A program made the translations under genes and the position numbers. DNA of 32,000 nucleotides from Nostoc sp. CHAB 5836 (lineage in GTDB: Bacteria; Cyanobacteriota; Cyanobacteriia; Cyanobacteriales; Nostocaceae). Shown here one piece after another: positions 8,259 through 17,080 of this stretch (the stretch's first letter is position 1; each line of letters begins with the position of its first letter). The notes beneath the pieces are model-generated. The model was not told the DNA's origin and did not search any database. It saw nothing but the letters and a program-made list of their open reading frames with translations. Where the stretch lies: NCBI RefSeq assembly GCF_020829445.1, contig NZ_JAIVFV010000060.1, forward strand, positions 1 to 32,000, written 5' to 3'.

Positions 8259-11200
8259 TTAATGATGCGATTTTGTAATTTGGGTGACCGGAATTTCAAT
8301 CCAAAATTCTGTACCTAACCCCGGCCGAGAATCACATTTAAACACACCACCGTGTTTATCAACGATAATCTGGTAACTAATTGATAACCCTAAACCAGTT
8401 CCTTTTCCTACTGGCTTAGTAGTGAAAAACGGATCGCAGATTCTTGCTTTCAGAGGCTCCGGTATTCCTGGGCCATTGTCTGCAATGCAAATTACTACGC
8501 TCTTGATATTGCCTTCAAGCTCTCCAACAGCAGTACGGATAATAATTTGACAGTTATGAGATGTTGATTGAGATTCTCTATAATCTTCTAAAGCATCGAT
8601 CGCATTGCTTAAAACATTCATGAATACCTGATTTAATGGCCCGGCATAGCACTCTACTAAGGGAAGATCGCTGTATTCTTTGACTAATTCAATAGCCGGA
8701 CTTTCTAGCTTTGGTTTCAAGCGGTGCTGCAAAATTAACAAGGTGCTATCAATGCCATCATGAATATTAACTGGTTTTTTTTCTGCCTCGTCAAGGCGAG
8801 AGAAATTCCGTAAACCCAAGACAATCTGACGGATCCGATCAACCCCAACTTTCATGGAAGATAAAGTTTTGGGTAAATCCTCGATGAGAAATTCTAAGTC
8901 TATTTCTTCAGAGCGATCGCTAATTTGAGGGTTAGGGTTAGGAGTAGTTTGTAAATAGAGGTCTAGTATACTAAGTAAATCTTGGGCGTAATCATTAACA
9001 TGATTAATGTTGCCATAAATGAAGTTCACCGGGTTATTAATTTCGTGAGCAATACCAGCTACCAGTTGACCTAGTGATGACATTTTCTCAGTTTGGATCA
9101 GTTGGGTTTGAGTTTGCTTTAAATCATCCAAAGTTTGAGCCAGCTTTATTGTCTGCTCTTTGGTTTGATTATGCAATTGGGCTTGTTGGAGTGCAACCCC
9201 AAGCTGATTGGCAATTTGAGTAATAAACTTAATTTCCGAGGCTTCCCAATGGCGAGGTGCAGAATTCTGGTAAGCTGCTAACAAGCCCCATAGCTGTTGT
9301 CCGATAAATATAGGTGCGATCGCATAGGCTCTTGCTTGAATTTGCTCTAGAATTGCAACGTGGCACTCAGAGTGTCCAGCTTTATAGATGTCATCAACTG
9401 CAAAGCTTTCATTGTGACGATATCGCCCACCTTGGGTTTCCTGCAAATAGCTATCTTCCCAAACTGTCTTGAGATCAGAACCGACAAATTTTACCCAATC
9501 ATTACCCACAAACTCGGCGATATATTCACCACTCCAATCTGGATGAAAGCGATAGACAGCCACACGATCCGCTTGGAGTGATTTGCAAATTTCTTGGGTG
9601 CTAGTCTGAAAAATTGCATCTAAATCAAGAGATTCCCTAACTTTCGCAACAACTTCAAACAATACCCGTTGTTGTTCTGCTGCTTGTCGCAAATCAACAG
9701 CCTGATACTTAGTTTGTTCAAGTAAATCAGCTTGTTCCACTGCTACAGAAAGCTGTGCAGCAACTTGGGTAGCGAACTGGATTTCTGAGGATTGCCATTC
9801 ACGCGGTTGGTCGCACTGGTGAATGCACAATAAACCCCACAGTTCATTACTTTTAGCCAGTGGCAAAACTAAATTGGCTTTAACTTGGAGTTGCTTTAGC
9901 ATTTCGACATAACAAACATTCAGTCCAGAGTTGTGGATATCAGCGATCGCTTGGATGTGTCCTTGACGATAGAGGGCATCATACTTCTTCTTAAAGCAGT
10001 TATCTTGAATTTTTAATCTTAAAGCAGAAGTAAACTCTGGCAAAAGATCCTCTGAAACAATTTCACCTTCGTCGAGTTCGGAATTTGGGTAAAAGCGGTA
10101 TACTACCACTCTGTCAGCATTCAAAGAACGACGAACTTCACACACCGTTGCGGCAAAAACTGTCTTTAGATCAAGAGATTCCCGAATTTTAGCAACAACT
10201 TCAAACAATACCCGTTGTTGTTCAGTTGTCCGTTGTAACTCAATTGTCCGTCTTTTAACTTGTTTTTCTAAATTTTGATTGAAGACTTGTAATTGTTGGT
10301 ATAGTTCATCCTGCTGAACTGCTGAAGCAAAGTGTTTACCGATATCTCTAGCCAGTTCAATCTCTTCAACCGTCCATTTTTGAGCTTGTGCTTTTTTAGA
10401 TTCGCGCCAAACCTCAAAGGATTGTCGGGGGTACAATTGCCTTTGATCGGTGTCATGCTGCCCCGCCCATAGAGTTTCTGTATCTATTTCGTCGCGGAAA
10501 ATACTTAAATAGCCCAGCAACTGCTGACGATACTGGAGTGGGATCATCAATATGCTACGAATTTTAGTTGGTTGAAAAGCAACTTGCAAAGTTCGCAATT
10601 CCGGAGTGTTATATATATCTAAAATCGCCCAAACATCGTAGTTACCAGACTTGTAGTGTTCTTGCCAAACACTATACTGCTCTATCAGTGGATATATAGT
10701 TTGCTCTGGCATCACAGGTTGTTGTCCACAGATGTAAAGCTTGATACAAGTATTTACTGGTATTAAGCATTCTGTGAAGTTGGTGATGTTGCCATTGTGC
10801 AAATCAAAAGCTTCATTTCTAATACACAGCCTACCACCAACACCGTTAAAGGCAGCAACAGCCGCTTCTAGGGCTGGTTGTAATACAATCGTCGGTAGTG
10901 AATGTAGTAGGGTAGAAATGCGGTTAACGATCGCTTCTTGTTCGGCTGTTTTGCGAACTTGAGTGAGGAGGGTGCTTTGAGCGATCGCCACTGACAGTTG
11001 CTCGACTACCATCTGTACTGCTTCTAGTTCATATTCTGAAATCAAACGCGTTTCCGAATTATGAGACACCAGCAGCCCCCAGAGTTCATTTTGATATAAA
11101 ATAGGCGCGATCACAGAGGATTTTACCCCCATTGCCGTCAAATATTCAATATGACACGGGTCTAGAGGGCGATAACGGATCTCCTCTGATATAGTTTCTC

Positions 11201-11567
11201 CATTTTCCAAGTCACGCAGGTAACTTTGACCAATCTCTTTAGTATCAACATTCACAACAGAACGCACCCGTGATTTGATAAATAGTTCACGGGCGGTGAG
11301 TGGAATATCGTCAGCAGGGAAATTCAGCCCTAGTAGCGATGGCAACCGATTTTCGTAAATTGACTCAGCAATCACCTGGCCATTACCATCGGCATGAAAT
11401 TTGTAAATCATCACTCGGTCAGTTTTTAGGAGCGATCGCACCTCTGCCGTTGTCACTGTGATAATTTCTTCTAACTCTAAGCTTCGTCGAATCCGGTTTG
11501 TAATCCGGCGTAATAAACTTTCTTCATGACGACACAAGGGGAAATCTTCTTCAGGGTTGGAGATCAT
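8259..11567 (-). CDS. Knotless-phytochrome / cyanobacteriochrome-type sensor histidine kinase (GAF-PHY-GAF-GAF-HisKA-HATPase)
   Basis: First ATG at 11565-11567 (the ORF-track start 11579 is TTG). GAF1 (~10980-11507) has the phytochrome signature DRVMIYKFHADGNGQVIAES...LGLNFPADDIP..ARELF and Cys-His at PLDPCHIEYL (Cys codon 11154-11156). The PHY-like domain (~10305-10937) has tongue motifs WAG and PRQSF (10416-10430). GAF3 (~9735-10217) has DNCF (9993-10004) plus Cys556 (9912-9914). GAF4 (~9180-9677) has ECH (Cys 9363-9365). H-box AHEINNP (His 9045-9047). C-terminal N/G1/G2 boxes DNGPGIP, GTGLGLS. Confidence 0.85.
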   Translation of the reverse strand: MISNPEEDFPLCRHEESLLRRITNRIRRSLELEEIITVTTAEVRSLLKTDRVMIYKFHADGNGQVIAESIYENRLPSLLGLNFPADDIPLTARELFIKSRVRSVVNVDTKEIGQSYLRDLENGETISEEIRYRPLDPCHIEYLTAMGVKSSVIAPILYQNELWGLLVSHNSETRLISEYELEAVQMVVEQLSVAIAQSTLLTQVRKTAEQEAIVNRISTLLHSLPTIVLQPALEAAVAAFNGVGGRLCIRNEAFDLHNGNITNFTECLIPVNTCIKLYICGQQPVMPEQTIYPLIEQYSVWQEHYKSGNYDVWAILDIYNTPELRTLQVAFQPTKIRSILMIPLQYRQQLLGYLSIFRDEIDTETLWAGQHDTDQRQLYPRQSFEVWRESKKAQAQKWTVEEIELARDIGKHFASAVQQDELYQQLQVFNQNLEKQVKRRTIELQRTTEQQRVLFEVVAKIRESLDLKTVFAATVCEVRRSLNADRVVVYRFYPNSELDEGEIVSEDLLPEFTSALRLKIQDNCFKKKYDALYRQGHIQAIADIHNSGLNVCYVEMLKQLQVKANLVLPLAKSNELWGLLCIHQCDQPREWQSSEIQFATQVAAQLSVAVEQADLLEQTKYQAVDLRQAAEQQRVLFEVVAKVRESLDLDAIFQTSTQEICKSLQADRVAVYRFHPDWSGEYIAEFVGNDWVKFVGSDLKTVWEDSYLQETQGGRYRHNESFAVDDIYKAGHSECHVAILEQIQARAYAIAPIFIGQQLWGLLAAYQNSAPRHWEASEIKFITQIANQLGVALQQAQLHNQTKEQTIKLAQTLDDLKQTQTQLIQTEKMSSLGQLVAGIAHEINNPVNFIYGNINHVNDYAQDLLSILDLYLQTTPNPNPQISDRSEEIDLEFLIEDLPKTLSSMKVGVDRIRQIVLGLRNFSRLDEAEKKPVNIHDGIDSTLLILQHRLKPKLESPAIELVKEYSDLPLVECYAGPLNQVFMNVLSNAIDALEDYRESQSTSHNCQIIIRTAVGELEGNIKSVVICIADNGPGIPEPLKARICDPFFTTKPVGKGTGLGLSISYQIIVDKHGGVFKCDSRPGLGTEFWIEIPVTQITKSHH

Positions 11568-11723
11568 TGCTGATAACAAAATTAATTAATAATTAGCAAA
11601 TTGACATAATGAAATCTAAAGATATTTTTAAATTTATTTAATGAATTTGTCTTCAGTAAAACTACGGTCAAATTATTAATAACAATATTTAGTTATCTTT
11701 TACAAAAATTTACCAAACGTCCT

Positions 11724-11752
11724 AAAAACAGACGCAATTTTAATAGCGTCTG
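11724..11752 (-). terminator. Rho-independent terminator candidate downstream of the ArsA/Get3-type ATPase gene
   Basis: On the minus strand: stem cagacgc / gcgtctg (11746-11752 / 11729-11735), 10-nt loop, then TTTTT (11724-11728). Confidence 0.6.
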
Positions 11753-11822
11753 TGTCATTTAGAAGATAAACATCTTGCTTTTTAGTTTTAACTTTTTGTT
11801 GACGGAGGAAGATTCAACAAAA

Positions 11823-13010
11823 TTAAACTCTTGTGTTGTCAGCAAAACGGATTTTTAGGTAGTCATCTTCCATTTTTGCTCCGGCTGGTTGTAGTGCTGC
11901 TAAGGCTTGTGGCAAAACTAAGTTACGACGATGGTTGCCAATAGTAATGTTTAATTCGTCTCCGGTTTTACTTAGTTGAACTTGGTCTTTAGGAATACCA
12001 GGTAAGTAAAGCTCTAAGCTATATTGGTTTTCCTCTTGTACAACTCTCAGAGTTGTTTCTTTGTAATAAACCTGAGTTGGATCTTCATCTTTATAAAGAG
12101 TTTCCTTCAGGCGTTCTAATGAAGCTAATCCGCACATTTCCTCAGAAAATAGGGGAACTTCTTTTACAGGGAGAGGGTGAAAATCATCATGAATTTCCTG
12201 GCGATATTGCTCCTGACTTTCCTTCCAACGTTGGAAAAATGGGTCTTGGACAACGCTAGGAATAATCCGATTAGCCACAACTAAATCTGTTGCAACATTA
12301 TACAAGCTCAGGTAAGCATGGGCACGGAGAGACTCTTTAATCACCATTTTTTCGGGATTAGTAACAAGACGCACTGAGGTTTGAGTATTATCTGTTAATA
12401 CTTTTTCCAGAGCTTCGATTTGCTCATAAAACTCATAAGGTGCATCCATCACTTCTTTATCAGGTAGCGAAAAACCAGCAATTGGTCTAAAAAAAGGTTC
12501 AACTAAGGGTCGAAGTGCCACGGAGATGTTTTGAAATGGTTTGTAAAAACGGCGCATATACCAGCCACCGACTTCGGGCAAACTCAGCAAGCGCAGTGCT
12601 GTGCCGGTGGGGGCCGAGTCGATAATTAACACATCAAACTCACCTTCGTCGTAATGACGTTTCATCCTTACCAAGCCAAAAATCTCATCCATACCTGGTA
12701 AAATTGCCAATTCTTCTGCCTGTACTCCGTCTAAACCCCTTGCCTGTAAAACTTGGGTAATATAACGTTTTACAGCACCCCAGTTTCCTTCCAGTTCTTG
12801 CAGCGCATCCAGTTCAGCACCCCACAGATTTGGGCGAATTTTTTGGGGTGCGTGTCCTAGTTCCATGTCAAAACTATCTGCTAGGGAGTGAGCGGGATCT
12901 GTACTTAAAACCAATGTCTGATAGCCTAGTTCCGCACAACGGAGTCCAGTTGCAGCAGCAACGGAAGTTTTGCCCACGCCGCCTTTACCGGTCATCAAAA
13001 TTACACGCAT
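11823..13010 (-). CDS. ArsA/GET3(TRC40)-family transport-energizing ATPase
   Basis: ATG 13008-13010, 395 aa. Deviant Walker [12 protein letters not shown], the STDPAHSL signature, and the DSAPTG switch motif. Confidence 0.88.
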   Translation of the reverse strand: MRVILMTGKGGVGKTSVAAATGLRCAELGYQTLVLSTDPAHSLADSFDMELGHAPQKIRPNLWGAELDALQELEGNWGAVKRYITQVLQARGLDGVQAEELAILPGMDEIFGLVRMKRHYDEGEFDVLIIDSAPTGTALRLLSLPEVGGWYMRRFYKPFQNISVALRPLVEPFFRPIAGFSLPDKEVMDAPYEFYEQIEALEKVLTDNTQTSVRLVTNPEKMVIKESLRAHAYLSLYNVATDLVVANRIIPSVVQDPFFQRWKESQEQYRQEIHDDFHPLPVKEVPLFSEEMCGLASLERLKETLYKDEDPTQVYYKETTLRVVQEENQYSLELYLPGIPKDQVQLSKTGDELNITIGNHRRNLVLPQALAALQPAGAKMEDDYLKIRFADNTRV

Positions 13011-13224
13011 AGATGCTTCTGTCCTGCTTGAGGATTTTTTACATTTATTTACATTATCGACTGTTTAAGGAAAATAAATGTTGTTTCAACAGGTCTACTA
13101 GTCTGGCAAAGTAACGCCTGCTAGGGATCCAAAAATTTGACACCTACTTGATTTTTGAAAAAAACTCAGTACACCTTTATTTTTTTCCCTGTTAAGAGTT
13201 CTCTGTTCCCTCTTCCCTTTCTCT

Positions 13225-13373
13225 ATAGGACTACTATTTGATTTCTGAACAGATACGTAGGGTGCGTTAGCGTTTCGCGTAACGCACCGAATCCTTAAGA
13301 ATGGTGCGTTACGCTGTCGCTAACGCACCCTACAAATACTTAATGTTGTTCAAAAATCAAACCGGATTCCTAT
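13225..13373. repeat. Nested palindromic element (outer IR ataggactactatttgatttctgaaca / tgttcaaaaatcaaaccggattcctat; inner double hairpin)
   Basis: Inner 13257-13333: gtagggtgcgttagcg...cgctaacgcaccctac enclosing gcgtaacgcacc...ggtgcgttacgc. A partial extra copy of the right arm lies at ~13384-13408. Confidence 0.7.
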
Positions 13374-13410
13374 ATGAGTGATTCAGTAATCAAATCGGAT
13401 TCTTATGGTT

Positions 13411-13587
13411 CAATACCCTTGGGTTAAGGCTGAAACTCTGTTACAAAGTCAATTTTTTAACGAACCGCCTTCTCTTCTTAGGCTGACGCACTCGCGTTGG
13501 CGTCTCGTAGAGAAGACGCCAACGCGAGTGCGTCTCGTAAGAGTTGGACACAGAGAGAAGAAAGAAATGCTTAACTCAACTGTGTTG
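13411..13587. mobile_element. MITE family C copy
   Basis: caatacccttgggttaagg ... gcttaactcaactgtgttg. The interior closely matches 4127-4334. Flanked by tcttatggtt / tcttatagtt. Confidence 0.75.
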
Positions 13588-13597
13588 TCTTATAGTT

Positions 13598-13717
13598 CAA
13601 TACGGTTCACAAAAGGGCTGAAACTCTTTTTTTTACGAACCACAGAGGCGCTGAGAACACAGAGAGAAAAGAGAAGAGAGAAGAGAGAAGGAGGAAATGC
13701 TTAACCCAAGTGTATTG
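13598..13717. mobile_element. MITE family C copy (subtype with a purine-rich core), tandem to the previous copy
   Basis: caatacggttc ... gcttaacccaagtgtattg. It is the reverse complement of 18871-18974. Flanked by tcttatagtt on both sides (13588-13597, 13718-13727). Confidence 0.75.
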
Positions 13718-13796
13718 TCTTATAGTTGGGTTTTCTCCGAGTTACTTGGATGAATTATGTACTTTTTGCGTTATTAGTAATCAAGGGAGTGGGGAG

Positions 13797-13885
13797 TACT
13801 AAGTACAATATTTCATAAATTCGTAGGGAATTCTCTGCGAACCTTTGCGCTTCCCTTTGCGCCCCTTTGCGTTTAAATTTCAGCC
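13797..13885. repeat. Dispersed repeat family F (short form)
   Basis: acaatatttcataaattcgtagSgaattctct..gcg ... gcgtttaaatttca matches the reverse complement of 22940-23085. Confidence 0.65.
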
Positions 13886-13960
13886 CTCAATTCACCACGA
13901 TTTTATGCAAAGCTGTACTAAGTAGGGAGGAGGGAAAAGGGGACAGGGAGAATAACCATG

Positions 13961-14070
13961 CCCAATGCCCAATTCCCAATACAACTCTTGTAGAGAAGGG
14001 CAGTACAAGCGCCCAATTCCCAATTCCCAATACTTCGACTTCGCTCAGTACAAGTGCCCAATTCCCAATA
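13961..14070. repeat. STRR-type heptamer arrays (cccaatt/g/a) separated by short hairpin cores (family H)
   Basis: cccaatg-cccaatt-cccaata (13961-13981), cccaatt x2 plus cccaata (14012-14032), cccaatt-cccaata (14057-14070). The intervening cores are cttgtagagaagggcagtacaag and cttcgacttcgctcagtacaag. Confidence 0.8.
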
Positions 14071-14073
14071 ATC

Positions 14074-15684
14074 ATGGCTCGTACCCCTACATTAAATTTT
14101 GATCGTGGCACATTAATTTTGCATCCACCACCACGCGGTAAGGGTTGGATGGACTATGCCACATGGGATGATAGAGTTGAAAAATTCCGCATTCCAGCAA
14201 TTAGATACCGATCGCTAGTGGAAGCACTACAAGCAGAAGATGTTTATTTTATCGATGAGGCGAAGAAATTTTATCCTGTAGATTTGGTTCCCAGTCTGGA
14301 AATGGAACCCTATCCCCACCAAAATGAGGCACTAGCAGCTTGGAAGCTGGCGGGTAGGCAGGGAGTCGTTGTGCTTCCCACGGCGGCGGGAAAGACTTAT
14401 TTGGCGCAAATGGCGATGCAGTCAACGCCGCGCACGACGCTAATTGTTGTGCCAACTTTGGATTTAATGCATCAGTGGTATGCACATTTGGTAGCGGCTT
14501 TCCCCGATGCTGAGGTGGGATTGCTGGGGGGTGGTTCGCGGGATAGAACAGCAATTCTAGTTGCAACTTACGACAGTGCAGCAATTCACGCTGAGACGTT
14601 GGGAAATCAATATGCGTTGATTGTTTTTGATGAATGTCATCATTTACCGACAGATTTTAATCGGGTGATTGCTGAATATGCGATCGCACCTTATCGTCTG
14701 GGACTCTCTGCTACACCAGAACGCACTGATGGTAAACACGCTGACTTAAATATCCTCATTGGTCAAGAAGTATATCGCAAACGGGCTGAAGATTTGGCGG
14801 GGAAGGCGTTAGCAGAGCATGAAATTGTCCAAATTAAGGTAAAGTTATCCCAACTGGAACGGGAAAGATACAATCAACTGATTCAAACCCGCAATGACTT
14901 TTTGAAGCAATCGAAGATTTCTTTGGGGAGTCTTCAAGGTTGGCAAATGTTTGTGCAAATGAGTGCGCGATCGCAATTTGGACGTAGGGCTATGTTAGCG
15001 CACCGGGAAGCGAAAGATATTGCTTTGGGTACTGATGGAAAGTTGCGTATTCTAGTTAATTTATTGGCAGAACATTATCCGGCAAGAATTTTGATTTTTA
15101 CTGCGGATAATGCGACGGTTTACCGCATTTCTCAAGAGTTGCTAATTCCGGCAATTACTCATCAAACTCCTGTGAAGGAACGCCATGAGATATTAACCAG
15201 GTTTCGCGAGGGTAAATATAATACTTTGGTTGCTTCTCATGTCTTGAATGAAGGTGTTGATGTGCCGGCGGCTTCTGTGGCTATTATTTTATCGGGAACG
15301 GGTTCGGCTAGGGAGTATACTCAGCGATTGGGGAGGGTTTTACGGAAGGGGAATATCGAAAATAAACAGGCGATTTTATATGAGGTGGTGGCGGAGGATA
15401 CGAGTGAGGAGGGGACTTCGGCTAGGCGAAGAGGTGAGAGGAAGATCGGAGAAGCAGGGGGAGAAAAAGAGAGGAAAGGGAGGTTGCAGGTTGTATATGG
15501 CAGTGGCAAAGAAAGGAGTGTGAAGGCTGCGGAACAGTTAGAGATTAATTATTCAACGGGAAGTTCAAAACTTGTACTGAGCGAAATCGAAGTATCTAAA
15601 ATTCAAAATTCAGATGTTACCGACAGATTTACTGATGCATCGCCAAAACGGGGAGGAGATTATTCCGAAGAGACTGAAGATTGA
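14074..15684 (+). CDS. XPB/Ssl2-like superfamily-2 DNA helicase with a low-complexity C-terminal extension
   Basis: ATG 14074 (the ORF-track start 13867 is a TTG inside repeats). N-terminal LNFDRGTLIL damage-recognition-like domain. Motif I LPTAAGKT (~14371-14400), motif II FDECHH (14625-14642), motif III GLSATPERTDGK (XPB RED-motif position), motif VI QRLGRVLRKG. The last ~85 aa are Gly/Glu/Lys/Arg-rich and partly repeat-derived. Confidence 0.82.
   Translation: MARTPTLNFDRGTLILHPPPRGKGWMDYATWDDRVEKFRIPAIRYRSLVEALQAEDVYFIDEAKKFYPVDLVPSLEMEPYPHQNEALAAWKLAGRQGVVVLPTAAGKTYLAQMAMQSTPRTTLIVVPTLDLMHQWYAHLVAAFPDAEVGLLGGGSRDRTAILVATYDSAAIHAETLGNQYALIVFDECHHLPTDFNRVIAEYAIAPYRLGLSATPERTDGKHADLNILIGQEVYRKRAEDLAGKALAEHEIVQIKVKLSQLERERYNQLIQTRNDFLKQSKISLGSLQGWQMFVQMSARSQFGRRAMLAHREAKDIALGTDGKLRILVNLLAEHYPARILIFTADNATVYRISQELLIPAITHQTPVKERHEILTRFREGKYNTLVASHVLNEGVDVPAASVAIILSGTGSAREYTQRLGRVLRKGNIENKQAILYEVVAEDTSEEGTSARRRGERKIGEAGGEKERKGRLQVVYGSGKERSVKAAEQLEINYSTGSSKLVLSEIEVSKIQNSDVTDRFTDASPKRGGDYSEETED
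15571..15613. repeat. Partial inverted copy of family H (core cttgtactgagcgaaatcgaagta plus heptamers) inside the helicase 3' end
   Basis: cttgtactgagcgaaatcgaag is the reverse complement (1 mismatch) of cttcgacttcgctcagtacaag at 14033-14054. It is followed by tctaaaa-ttcaaaa-ttcag, ending at the ATG at 15614. Confidence 0.7.
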
Positions 15685-16828
15685 TCAGAAAACTTCGGAG
15701 TTGGCGATTGAGTTAATTAATTATTTTGAATCAGCTGTGGGAAAGACTCAAGGTGTACTTGAGCGACAGTTGACTTATTTTGAAGGAGATTCGACAGATT
15801 ATCGTGTGAAGCGGGGATTAGCTTATATTCTCAAAAGCAGTTTTTGCACTTTTGAGGTGGTTAGTCCTTTGGAACCACAAATGTTAAGAGAACGGGTGTT
15901 TTCGCTGGCTGCAAAGTCGGTTTCTAGTCGGGAATCTACACAAGTTACTTTAAGTAAAGTTGCTGATGAGTTAACTCAAGAACTGGAACGGGAAGTTTTA
16001 CCCCAACAGGTTCGTAATGGACTATATGCTGATTTATCTGAAAATAAAATTTTGACTGTTTTTGATGCACCAATAGCACCAGATTTGTTGAATCGATATA
16101 ATTTATCTCAGGTGCAGGGTGTATTTTATAAAGCCAGTCAACTGGTGTTAAATGCTCATCGGAATGTTCCGGGTGAATATAAGCTGTTATTTCGCTATCT
16201 GAAGTTGTTTCAATTGATGGCTTATATTGAGGGTGATGCTGACCACGGGTTTACAATTACCATTGATGGGCCGACGAGTTTGTTTAATCCTAGTACACGA
16301 TATGGATTGGCGATCGCGAAACTTATTCCCGCTTTACTTCACGTTACTAGATGGAGTCTTTCTTCGATTCTCCAAACCCGCGATGCTTATACAAATACTT
16401 GGAAAACTGGACGTTTCACCCTCAATTCCGAATGTGGTTTGGTATCCCATTATCCACCAGGTAAGCCCTACGATAGTATGCTAGAAGCATCCTTTGCTGA
16501 TAAGTGGGATGCATTGAAAAGTGGTTGGGCGTTAGAGCGAGAAGTCGATTTGATCCCAATCCCCGGTAGCGTGATGATTCCCGATTTCCGCTTGGTGCAT
16601 CCTGATGGACGCACTTTCTTATTAGAAATTGTTGGCTATTGGCGACCGGAATATTTACAAAAGAAGTTTTCTCAGGTGCGGCGTGCTGGACGTGATGATT
16701 TGATTTTGGCAATTTCCGAGCGACTTAATTTGGAAAAGGCGGGAGTAAAATTAAATGATGTCCCCGCCAGAATTGTTTGGTTTAAAGATAAGTTATTGCC
16801 GAAAGCTGTATTAGCTGTAATGGATTGA
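15614..16828 (+). CDS. Bax1-like nuclease (DUF790 family), the XPB partner protein
   Basis: ATG 15614, 404 aa. The N-terminus MLPTDLLMHRQNGEEIIPKRL and the C-terminal MIPDFRLVHPDGRTFLLEIVGYWRPEYLQKK match the remembered DUF790/Bax1 pattern. Overlaps the helicase ORF by 71 nt. Confidence 0.75.
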   Translation: MLPTDLLMHRQNGEEIIPKRLKIDQKTSELAIELINYFESAVGKTQGVLERQLTYFEGDSTDYRVKRGLAYILKSSFCTFEVVSPLEPQMLRERVFSLAAKSVSSRESTQVTLSKVADELTQELEREVLPQQVRNGLYADLSENKILTVFDAPIAPDLLNRYNLSQVQGVFYKASQLVLNAHRNVPGEYKLLFRYLKLFQLMAYIEGDADHGFTITIDGPTSLFNPSTRYGLAIAKLIPALLHVTRWSLSSILQTRDAYTNTWKTGRFTLNSECGLVSHYPPGKPYDSMLEASFADKWDALKSGWALEREVDLIPIPGSVMIPDFRLVHPDGRTFLLEIVGYWRPEYLQKKFSQVRRAGRDDLILAISERLNLEKAGVKLNDVPARIVWFKDKLLPKAVLAVMD

Positions 16829-16843
16829 ATAAGGAAAAATGAG

Positions 16844-17080
16844 ATGAAAACTATAGAAACAATTGCCACTATTACAAAAGATGGTAAGATTACAGCGCAA
16901 TCGCCATTGGATATTCCAGAAGGTGAGCATCAGGTGGTAATAGTAATTGATGAGAAGCCTTTGACAGAAAAAGCAAAGAGCAAAGAAAAACGTCCTCCTC
17001 TCAAATTTTCCGCTTATCCTGTAGGATTAGTCTCGGAAAGTTTAACTTTCCGCAGAGAAGACCTTTATGCAAATGACTAA
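16844..17080 (+). CDS. Type II antitoxin (VapB-like) of a PIN toxin
   Basis: ATG 16844, 78 aa, 15 nt after the bax1 stop. Small acidic/lysine-rich protein immediately upstream of, and overlapping, a PIN-domain gene. Confidence 0.65.
   Translation: MKTIETIATITKDGKITAQSPLDIPEGEHQVVIVIDEKPLTEKAKSKEKRPPLKFSAYPVGLVSESLTFRREDLYAND

Noticed and set aside
13405-13704. 99-aa ORF in the ArsA/XPB spacer
   Set aside because: It lies entirely within two family C MITE copies, and its sequence is low-complexity repeat translation.
13867-14073. N-terminal 69-aa extension of the helicase ORF in the ORF track
   Set aside because: It starts at a TTG inside dispersed-repeat and STRR heptamer sequence and translates to low-complexity repeat-derived peptide. 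The conserved XPB-like sequence begins at the ATG at 14074.
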